A DNA stretch of 64,000 bases from Hormiphora californensis (Eukaryota; Animalia; Ctenophora). This document shows positions 41,466 to 52,200 of this stretch, piece after piece. The translations under genes and the position numbers were made by a program. Below the pieces are notes generated by a model, which did no database searches, was not told where the DNA came from, and saw nothing but the letters and a program-made list of their open reading frames with translations. The DNA is taken from contig CM035350.1 in the NCBI GenBank assembly GCA_020137815.1, positions 3,100,001 through 3,164,000 of the forward strand. The letters are read 5' to 3'. How positions within the stretch are numbered: the stretch's first letter is position 1; each line of letters starts with the position of its first letter.

Positions 41466-41694
41466 TATAGTCCCTGGAAAATGACTAAGGCGGTTCGAGG
41501 TGCCCGCCGCAGTGCCGCACAATTTTTCCTGCTATTTTTGCAAATTTGGTCCGCCTAATGTGTCTCAACATCTAAAACCAACCCAGCCGCACACAGTGGA
41601 AGCATGAATTATGGAATCACGCGTTTCCTGCTTGCTATGCAGATGCTCCTGAAATTACCGGTAACTCGCATAACTTCCTTTTCCAGGGACTATA
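41466..41694. mobile_element. MITE, ~230 bp
   Basis: TATAGTCCCTGGAAAA ... TTTTCCAGGGACTATA inverted termini. Confidence 0.78.
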
Positions 41695-41966
41695 GTACAC
41701 CAGGAAACTCGGGCCTTTACAATTAACATTAGTTTGTTCTTGAAAAACAATTTTGGTCGGTGGAGAACTAATTATCATCCAATGATTAAAAAAGTTAGAA
41801 GTTTGATCATATCTCATTCTCAAGACATCGTTCCCAGTAGTCATTTGTCAGGCCAATGCTCTGACAGCATTTCATCATCTCCCATTCTAGCATTGCCCGG
41901 GACACTCCTGTTATAGCTTGTTGAGTAAGGGGGTGGGACACTGGTTTCATCTTCTAGATCCTGTTC

Positions 41967-42380
41967 AGCTGATGGAGAAGTATATCTTGATAGCAACTGC
42001 CCCCACCACATAGCACATCACTGCTACCAACTGAAAGGGACGGGGTATTTTTTAGGAAATCAATCACTTTGTTGCCTAGCTAGACTGTGTTTCACGCGCC
42101 CCGATGTAAAGGAGGGTTAGAACATAACAATCACTTTGAGAACAAAAGTAAAACAAGGAATTTTAAATCACCTCATGACGAACCAATTTGTAGCTGTTGC
42201 TAAAAATTTCGTGCTCAAAAGTGCACTTACGAACCAATGTTCTAACTCTAATAATAAGTTCACCTGCATTTTGATTTTGTAGTTGCATGTTTTCAGTTGT
42301 CTCTTTGCTCTCTGTTTCAGTAACCTGATAGTGTGTCGCTGGGTACCCAGGTGGTCATCAAAGTGCGTCTGAGGCATCCT
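41967..42380 (-). CDS. Possible small spliced gene ending in a hydrophobic C-terminal helix
   Basis: A minus-strand AG is followed by LVAVMCYVVGAVAIKIYFSIS*. Candidate upstream exons lie at ~42170-42380, but exon phases could not be resolved. Confidence 0.25.
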
Positions 42381-42797
42381 GTCAGCACGTCATTATTAGT
42401 GACAAATAATGGAAGTATTACAGACTAGAGTATCAGTATCACAAGTAAAACTCGATAAATAAAACAAGGGAATTTAACCGGGCTAGATAACCCCAAATAA
42501 AGATTTTGGCAAAGCAGCAGCAGCATTCTTTTAGAAAGAGATAGAGCGGCCGGAGTCTGAGATGTTTGTTCTGCTTCCTAATTAGGCCACTATTTATCCT
42601 GCCCACTTCAACTTCCTAACTAAGACCAGCACCTGTCCACCTGCAGCTAGAGATAGCAGGTTACCATGTCAGGGTACCACGATATTAATTAATGCATGTG
42701 TCATATAGAGCATAACCATACAAGCTCCCACACAGCTGGTACAGTGTCACAACTACAGCTGGTATCATGTTACAGTCCCCCCTCCAACGCAAACACA

Positions 42798-42811
42798 GTT
42801 ACCATGGCAAC
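42798..42811. promoter_or_regulatory. RFX X-box GTTACCATGGCAAC
   Basis: Consensus match ~180 bp upstream of the CCDC169-like start. Confidence 0.7.
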
Positions 42812-42992
42812 CGACTAATATTAGCTGGTCCCTCCCCCATCTCTCTGTATGTGTGTGTGAGTTAACTGTGCTGTATTTGTGTCTCTTTGCATGCTCCTTG
42901 GCCATATGATAGTATGATACCCATTTGAAACTGTGTGCTCTATTTGACTAAAATTCACTCTGGCAGCTTATAGATATTGTAGATCTGGTGTA

Positions 42993-45562
42993 ATGGTGCA
43001 CAAGGGTTCGGATAGATCTGTCGAGGAAGGATGAGGATGTCAATGAAATGACTCTGGATGAGCTCAGAATTGAGGTACATAACACACACCCCCCCCCCCC
43101 ACATTATAGGACCCCACCCCACCCCACACTGCGACACTGCACACCATGTGTAAACCTCACTGGGAAATTGGAGAGAGTGTGTGAATATGTTGAAACATTG
43201 TTACAAGCAGACTGGTGTTTAGGTTGAGTGTGTGAGTGTGTTGAATCAATTCAGACTCCTCATATTTAGGTTGAATCAATTCAGAATCCTCTTGATGGTG
43301 TTTAGGTTGAGTTTGAGAGGAAGAGAAGGCAACAGTGGAGAGCTCTACTCAAAGAGTCAGCCAGGGACATAGGAAAAGAGGAGGAGGTACTAGTAAAGTA
43401 AGTGAAGAGAGCATGAACCATATATTAATCCTTGTTGAGTAAGGGGCGACCATCAACCATCATAATCATCGGGACTCTATTGAGAATCATGACTCATTTT
43501 TTGAGAAACATTGAGTGTCAACATTGAGTGTCAACATCCCCATTACCTTGTTGTGTATTATAATAGGGACGGAGAAGACGAGGAGGATGAAAGGTGGCTG
43601 AACAAGTACAAGATACAAAGGACAAAGAACGCAGGTAGTGGCTCTATTGTCAAATATAGAGTTCCTAGCTCAGAGAGAGAGAGAGAGAGGTAGAGAGAGT
43701 CACAGGGTCGGCTAACAGAGTTAGTGACGGCTTTAGTTGCTATATAATTCCACCGTGTGTGTAACCTGATATACGATTCTAGAAGACTTTATAAGCCAGC
43801 TGTGTCAATAGAGATCAATCAGGGTAGTCAGCCTCATCAGATCAAGAGGACTTTAACTAGATTAGGATTCAGAGTCAATAGAGATCACTGGAGCACTAGA
43901 TCATATCAATAGAGGTCAATAGATATCCAGATTCAGGGTCAATAATGATCAGCTGATTCAGGGTCAATAGATATATCAGGATTCAGGGTTGCAATAGTGA
44001 GATCATGTAACCGCCACACGACCACACACAGAGTTGGAGGCGGAACACCAGGATCTGAAGGCGAAGATCAATATTACCAAGATCAAATTGAAGGATGCGG
44101 AGAAGCACATGGCGATGAAGAACCCACTTGGTAAGAGAGAGAATATAATGTGATCAAAGAGAATATACCATATATATATCAGAGTGCCATGTACATCTTA
44201 CAAAGACAATTTTAGACTACTCCGATGCGGAGGTAAGAAAGTTGCTGGTGCAGGCGAACAAAGAAAAGAATAACTTGATAAGTGACTTGAAGGATAAAGA
44301 ATGGAGACTGGACAGCGAATCTCAGGTATGGCCTGTGTTGTACAAATGTGTAACGTATATTGCATGTGTCACTTGGTTATTTTCCAATTAGCAGTAACCC
44401 CCACCTAGTTCCTTACCTTCCCACGCACACATGTACAACCGAATTGTTTCTACTAGAAATTCGCTAAAGCTGAAGAGCAGCGGAAGACCTTCATGGTACA
44501 GTTATACGGGGCTACCGAGGCCAACAGGATTCTGAGTACGGAACACAGTCTGAAACAACAAAGGATGAAGAAGACGAAGACACAGAACAAGTATGTGATC
44601 GTTGTTGAGTAAGGGGTTAGTAAGGGGTTGTTACCAATACCACGCCTCTACTCCTCTACGCAACAAGTATGTTGCACGTGCAAGTCCCGCGGATACCCAT
44701 ATCATATCAAGATATAGAGACTGCACTAGCAATATACTGCATCACAGAGAGTGATATACAGCTCTGTACTGACTCAGTGAGCGTCACAGACATGATTAAT
44801 CTACGGGATATGATTGATGTTTCGATCTCTCTCTGTCGTCTACTGTCCGTCCATATAGATTCCAATCTATCAGCAGGCTTCACTACTATCTGATCTAGTA
44901 ATAACTGATACTTTTTTAGATTAATCGCTCAGCAGTCTACTAAAAAGTAAGAATCTTGCTAAGATTTTACACTCTCGTCTCGATTTTTTACTCGCGGCAT
45001 GCACTAAAGGCTGACGAATTATAAAGCATCAAGTATGAAATGTCTAGGAATGAAGTGGGGTTAATTATGAGTAGGTCGACTTTAGGCCAAGCGAACGAGT
45101 GCGAGAGTGAGTCGTGAGTTAGTGCGAGTTAGAGAAAGCCTTAGATGTGCTCCCTACGTGAGAAAATGTACTATGTGACACGCATTGTACAGTCTCAAGA
45201 GTCAAGCTAGCCACATATATTATATGTAGCCACTTATAATGTGCTGGATCGAGTGATTATGCTGAAAATGAAATATGAAAGAGATCAAGAATGCTGTCAG
45301 AAGAAGGAGAATGAATTAAAATAACTGCAGATGATAATTAAATTTCCTTATTAGTTAATTTGTCGCTATGACCTAACACCTGTTTCTATAATACAGGTTG
45401 GCCAATACCTCCCCGACCCAATCTCAAAAGAAGACCACCACCGCCGCCACGTCTCCAGTGGCCCAGTCGACGCCCAAGAAAATGGACCCAAAGAAAGGTC
45501 CGGTAAAGAAGGCGGCCCTGGTGCATAATAACCTGCCAAAGATAGAGAAACACAATTCTTGA
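42993..45562 (+). CDS. CCDC169: CCDC169-like coiled-coil protein (7 exons: ~42993-43074, 43307-43397, 43567-43634, 44032-44130, 44216-44324, 44457-44590, 45397-45562)
   Basis: Spliced translation includes WLNKYKIQRTKNAELEAEH, LKDKEWRLDSESQKFAKAEEQRKTFMVQL and C-terminal MDPKKGPVKKAALVHNNLPKI, which recall CCDC169 (recognised from memory). The first exon needs a 1-nt correction. Confidence 0.65.
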
Positions 45563-45730
45563 GAATAGCTCTGAGAGACAGAAAATAATACAAAAATAAA
45601 TGTCAACATTCCAAATGGATATACAGCACGGCTGCACACTATTTACAGCGCATGTAGAAAATCATCTTGAGTACCTATCATTTTACAAAATTAAAAAGTG
45701 TTATTTGTGGTTCCTAATTAGCTTGAAATT

Positions 45731-48522
45731 TCACTCTTCATCACTCTTGGTTTCTAGGTTGATGTTCATGATCAGTTCATCTTCCTCGCCACTTCCAACT
45801 CCGAGATGTCTTCGTGATCGTGCTCCATAGCTCACCTGGAGAGGGAGGTACATGTACAATTGGACCCCGATTCACCGGGCAAGACCCGTTCCCCCGAGCA
45901 TCCCGGTCAATCGGGGTCCGACTGTTCTAGTAGGGGTTGTTAACTGCGATACTTGTATGGTGAACTCAGAACAATACCTAAAGTGAAAACACACACGTAC
46001 CCTTGTCTGTAGAGATTGAATGGTAGTCTCCAGATAATAATATTTGTTGCTCAGTTCTTCCAGTTTCACGGTGTTGCCATTGATCTTGTCTGCAATTCCA
46101 TAGTTGCTCTGCTTGTAACTAGCGAAGGAGTTACTCAGAGTCTCCAAGTTGTACTTGATACCCGTTAGTTCCGTTACCGCCTCCTGTACCTCTCGGCCTA
46201 GTAGGGGGATCAACGTTGTTATGTTCTACCTCTCCTTTCCGGGGCGCGGGAAACAGGGTCGAGCAAGGCAAGATCAACGGTCATGATAAATCATTGAATC
46301 ATTTGTCGGGGTCACTAAAAACGAATAAAATATAAGTTTGAAAGATCAAGGTCTTACCTAGTTTGGATACGTCGCTCTTCTGAAGGAAGACCGTGGTAGC
46401 AACCTCCTCCAGAGTGTTGCTATCTGAACTCCTGGCCTTCTTCTCAGTATTGAATTCAGCCTTCATAAACTCTAAAAGGGTCATGTGTACCATTACATGG
46501 AATAGATAGACAGTTCTAATGTCTCGATAGTGACACAGTGGTAATTGAGATTGTAACAAGCAAGTTACCGAGGTCCGACTGAAGGTTTGTCATGCTCGAT
46601 TCGAGCTGAACGATCCTGTTCTCAATATAAACTGAGACGCCTCCTCCAGATGAACTGCCTCCCTCTCTATACACTATCGTCTGGCCTCCTGCGGATTCAG
46701 CCTTTCTTCGTACTGCCTCTAACTCCCCTCGCACACCCCTGATCTGCCCCTAGATTTGGGATATATTTCAATCAGAAATGTGTCATACCTAGATTTGGGA
46801 TATATTTCAATCAGAAATGTGCCATACCTAGATTTGGAATATTTCAAAATACAGTATTATTTTGTTGAGAATACTTCAATTAGAAATGTTCTCATAATGT
46901 GTTATCATAGAGTGGTACCTCAAGATCGTCTTGCTTGCTCTGGATTGCTGGAATGTAGTTTAGCACAGTCATCACTTTGCTGACGTAACTATCAAATCCG
47001 TTGTACAGACCCCGCATCCTCTTGCGCATTATCAACATTTGATCTGTGAACATACACACGTGAGTCATTGTTTGATGTCATTATTTGGCTTGTTCAGACC
47101 ATCTCAACCTGCATGCTTTCACCACCCCCCTCCCCGTAAAGTAATGGTTAGAATTGATAATAAACCAACTTACAGCAGCTAGGTTGTTTCTCGTCCCGTT
47201 TATCTCGGCAATCCAGGACTCCGTCACACACTCTCTCAATATCAATACAAGTTCCATCGCCACACTGGAAATTGTTTTCTGGACAGGGCGGAGGGCCACA
47301 AACATCATCGCCCTCATCGGAACCATCCCCGCAGTCCACCCTCTTGTCACACACCTGACCTTGCCTCAAGCACTCCCCAGATCCACACTTCGAACTCAGA
47401 ACAACATCCCTGCGATATAATAGTGATGGGGTAATCACTTTAGCAGGGTGTGATCGAGGTTTCCCAGCACTCGGCCAAATCACATTCTACACTTTAGGTT
47501 TTTTTTCTGGGTAATCACTCGAAGTACAAAAAGGAGCTTGAGGTTGTTACTTGCAAGTAACAACCATGGTCATAATTCCGAGATATTCATTACTTGTTAC
47601 TCCCTATACCTTTTCATCCTTTCCATTCTCACAATCCTTGATTCCATTACACTTGAGGGTGGGAGGTATACAGCTGTTAGGGTGCACACTGGAACATGGA
47701 TGAAGGGCACTTGGCACACTGATCCTCGTCTTCCCCTCCCAGGCAGTCTTGGTTACCATCACACATCCAGGATTTGTGGAAGACACCAACCGTTATCACA
47801 CTGGAACTCATCAGCCTTACACAACGGGTAATCACACTGCAGAATGGAGGTGTGAATATGGATTCTTGGCATGCCATATGCAATCAGGGGGTTAGAACAA
47901 AAATATTCTGTGCTTCTACCACTATTGCAGAGCTTTCCCAAAATACGAAATGGAATATATTGTTCTGTACTACCTGAAGCTCGTCCCCTCCGTCTGGGCA
48001 ATCAAAGTCTCCGTTGCACTTGACACTCTCGTGTAGGCATATCTCCGTGTTGGGACATCTAAACTCGTTGCTCTGGCAAGGATTCACACATTCCTTCTCA
48101 TCCGCACCATCCTGGCAGTCCTGCCACCCATCACACAGGAATCGCTTACTGATACACGTTCCCTCCTTACAACTGTACTCGTTCCGGTTACACCCTAGTC
48201 GAACAAGGTGATATTATCACATGTATCTGCGCTAGATCCCTGTGTGTATCACACGGTCCAGACTTGTTTTTAGCAGTGTATTAGGGTGATTCATAACGAT
48301 TTTCGCTATCTAAAGGTACTTACTGATTGCTAGTGATGATAGAGACAAACATTTCTACAGGATCTTTTAGTTTGGACAATTTGACAACCCTAAGACCATG
48401 CTTGAAGTTTTCAATGAGTAGTATTTCTGAGAAACTAATACACATAACTCTAGGTACTCACGTTGTTGCGCTCCCGCAAGAAGGGCGGTGGTCAGCACCA
48501 GGTGAAGAACATGGTATAGCAT
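45731..48522 (-). CDS. Secreted protein with six LDL-receptor class A repeats followed by a long coiled coil
   Basis: Signal peptide exon 48522-48462 (MLYHVLHLVLTTALLAGAQQ). LDLa repeats: CNRNEYSC..DCQDGADE, CQSNEFRC..DCPDGGDE, CKADEFQC..DCLGGEDE, CPSSMFQC..DCENGKDE, C..KCGSGEC..DCGDGSDE, CPENNFQC..DCRDKRDE. Heptad-rich exons at 47045-45731 end in ...KSDEE*. Small indels are present. Confidence 0.8.
46749..46846 (-). repeat. 39 bp tandem repeat x2.5 at an intron 3' end; each unit reads GT...AG on the transcribed strand
   Basis: Minus strand: ...ctag GTATGGCACATTTCTGATTGAAATATATCCCAAATCTAG GTATGACAC...CTAG | exon. Confidence 0.85.
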
Positions 48523-49208
48523 GGTGTACACGGTCAATGTTTAGCACTTAAAACAAACAACCACCGACGTAAAAATACCTGCACAGTGCAATATGCTCGT
48601 CTCCTCTCTTTTTACTGCAAGCAGCGTTTTACTTTCTCTCTCTTCTTATCTCTCTACTTTTGCTCTCTTTCACTTTTATTGTATCAGCTTTCTCTATCTC
48701 TCTTTCTCTATCTCTCTCTCTCTACCTTCCTTCCCCCTTCTCTCTCTCCCTTCTCTCTCTCCCTTCTCTCTCTCTCGTCCACTGCATAAACGGTATGCCG
48801 GCCGCTTCCCCATTGGCAGGGCTGCCCAGTGGCCCATGTGATGCGTACCACGTGGCCGGCTCGTAGGAAAAGCAACTGTCTGTCGTGCTCATGTCCTCCT
48901 CCTGTCCAAACAATTCCACGTGTCAGATTGTCTAATTAAACCCTGCAAGCAGAGTCCCCCATTTTCATAATTATTAATTTATGTGCATAGAATTTAAACA
49001 GCCTTCTTTCCGGGAAAAATTCATAACTCTTGAACATCAAGAACTGGGATTCAGAACACATTTTTAACGCTCTTAAAAAACATAAAATGCAATATACTGA
49101 TTACTGCATTATTAAATTATACGCAAATGCAGAAAATCGAAGGTCATTGAAAAACACATACTTCAAGTCAAAGGATCATCTCATAAAAACTTTGTCCACT
49201 CCTGCAGC

Positions 49209-52200
49209 CTAAGCGAAGTTAATACTTTCTAGAATTGAATTCACCAGGTTCTCCGCCTCCATATTCCTTGTTGCTGCTGATGCCGACAGTGCTGTTACAA
49301 TACTTTGTGGTCTGGCTGGATACGTCCCAGGGGCTGGGGCTCCAGCAAGTAGCCCAGCCGGTACAATACCCCCTAATTGCCTGGTCGATACTCCCGGGGC
49401 TCCTGCCAGGAGTCTACTCGGCCCAGTGTGTGGTGACATGCTCTCCATGCCAGCCGCTGGGGCACCTGCCAAAAGACTCGGCGCTGTTGTTTTCGTGTAA
49501 CCTGTACCACTGGAACCCATTGCTGGGGCTCCGGCCAATACCCGGGGTGCAGGAGCAGTTGGAGGAGTCATTGCCTCCTCAATAAGAGATGTCGCTTCCA
49601 CCATATCTGAAATAATGTATTGGTCTAGGCTGGGGTGATCTAGGGTGAACTGGAAGGGGATCAGGAGTGTACCGAGAAACAGGGTGATCTTTACATATCG
49701 TTAACCATTAAATAGTACGAAAGGAACGTGGCGGACAGAGTTGAGAGTTGCTATACTAACCGTTGTCAGTAAAGTTTTCTCCCAAAGTATCTCCTATTCT
49801 CATCAACTCTTTAGAAATAGCCTTATGCTTTTGGGCCTTAGCGAGCTCCGATGTTATGTTTCGGAAGTCCGTACTAATGTTCTTTATGATACCGCTGTGG
49901 CCAAGACTCTGAGAATAAGTATGGTTAGATTTAGTCCAAAAACCAATTAAATAAATTAGTTTGGATGCCCGGGCCCATGTGGTGTCACGGGGTTAAAACT
50001 TGCCAGTGCCATGATACTGATATAAAATAGGCCATGGCTATAATACTAATTACAGAAGTCGGCCACTGTTTTGATTGGTTAGGTAATTGTTTTGATTGTA
50101 CCTTGAAGTGTTTATGTAGAGATGAGACATGGACAAATCCTTTCTTGCAGTTAGCACATGAGAACTGTTTGATACCAATATGGGTGGGGAAGTGGGCCGT
50201 CAGATTGCTATGTACCGAGAACCGCTTCTCTGAGGGGGGGAGAAGGTAGAGTTAAACGCCTTTTAAAAACTAGCAAGCTGGGGCGCCACGATCAGTTGGT
50301 AAAGGGTATCCTCTCTACTCGGAAGGGTTTTACATGTGATCTGATCCTACCCATATCTACTAGATCTAGTATGAGACACCACTCACCAACTGGCTTCTAT
50401 AATAAAGATTAAAGATCCCTCAAGATAGGGCTCTATAGAGCTATATATAGAGGACCCTTGAGTGTAAAACCGGATGCTACACAAACCACACTGTTTACCC
50501 CAGCACCGGTCTGTACGAAGGGGGGTTCATTGGACTCCATGCCATAAGGATCCACCCTTATTGGTAACTAATTGACCAATTTGGGCCACTTAAGGGTACG
50601 CTAACCAAAATTTTTTTTCGAGTGCAGGGAAATCTCTCACCGTAGGGTTGTAGGCCATGCCAAGGAGACCTCAAATATGCAATTTGAGCTCTCAAGTCGA
50701 ATTCATATTTTTGCTACAGCTGCTTGAAAAATGAACTGTAAATACGTTTTTGGCATCTCAAAAAAAATTTTTTAAAGATAGAAGCATGAAAATTTGTGGA
50801 TTTGAAGAGGACATGAAGGGGAATAACCACAAAAAATTTTTTTGCAATCCGAGCTGATTTCCGGTCCCGAGATGGATTTCTTTTTTTCCACTTTAACGCC
50901 CTATTTGGCAAAGTTCCGAAAACATGTGAAAGCTGTAAATTGGTGAAAAGTTTCGTCTAACGATTATCTAAGTGGCCATAAATTTTGGGCGTGTCCTTAT
51001 TTGAGATAAGCTGTACAGAGTTTTTTTTGTGAAAGCCGTCATTTCAGAAATAAATAAATTGCCTGTATCTCAAAAACGGCTGATCGTAGAGACCTGAGAC
51101 TATGCTTAAACGATTCAGAAGGTCCGATTTTGGGTGGGTCTTCTGAGAGACATTTTGCTCCTACTTCAACCGTTTTTGCTGTAATTGCGAAAAACAAAAA
51201 ACCATCTTCGCCATCGTGGATTTTTTGTGATTTTGTTTTTGGTGATTATAGGGACCCATATGGACCAAATAGTGAAGGAATTAGCTTGTTACACATTTTT
51301 CCATAGTTTCGGTCCTTTCTTAGCCACAATTCCCTAATTACAGGATATTGGAGTTTAGCTTTTGCCCTTTCCATAGAATTTGTTTTTCGCAATTACAGCA
51401 AAAAACGGTTGCAGTAGGAGCAAAATGTCTCTCAGAAGACCCCCCCAAAATCGGACCTTCTGAATCGTTTAAGCATAGTCTCAGGTCTCTACGATCAGCC
51501 GTTTTTGAGATACAGGCAATTTATTTATTTCTGAAATGACGGCTTTCACAAAAAAAACTCTGTACAGCTTATCTCAAATAAGGACACGCCCAAAATTTAT
51601 GGCCACTTAGATAATCGTTAGACGAAACTTTTCACCAATTTACAGCTTTCACATGTTTTCGGAACTTTGCCAAATAGGGCGTTAAAGTGGAAAAAAAGAA
51701 ATCCATCTCAGGACCGGAAATCAGCTCGGATTGCAAAAAAATTTTTTGTGGTTATTCCCCTTCATGTCCTCTTCAAATCCCCAAATTTTCATGCTTCTAT
51801 CTTTAAAAATTTTTTTTTGAGATGCCAAAAACGTATTTACAGTTCATTTTTCAAGCAGCTGTAGCAAAAATATGAATTCGACTTGAGAGCTCAAATTGCA
51901 TATTTGAGGTCTCCTTGGCATGGCCTACAACCCTACGGTGAGAGATTTCCCTGCACTCGAAAAAAAATTTTGGTTAGCGTACCCTTAAGGGTACGCTAAC
52001 CAAAATTTTTTTTCGAGTGCAGGGAAATCTCTCACCGCAGGGTTGTAGGCCATGCCAAGGAGACCTCAAATATGCAATTTTAGCCCTCAAGTCGAATTCA
52101 TATTTTTGCTACAGCCGTTTTAAAATCGTCTTGAAAATTTCTGAAAAGACGTTTTTGACACCCTAAAAATACATTTTCAGGGCTAGAAGCTTAAAATTAT

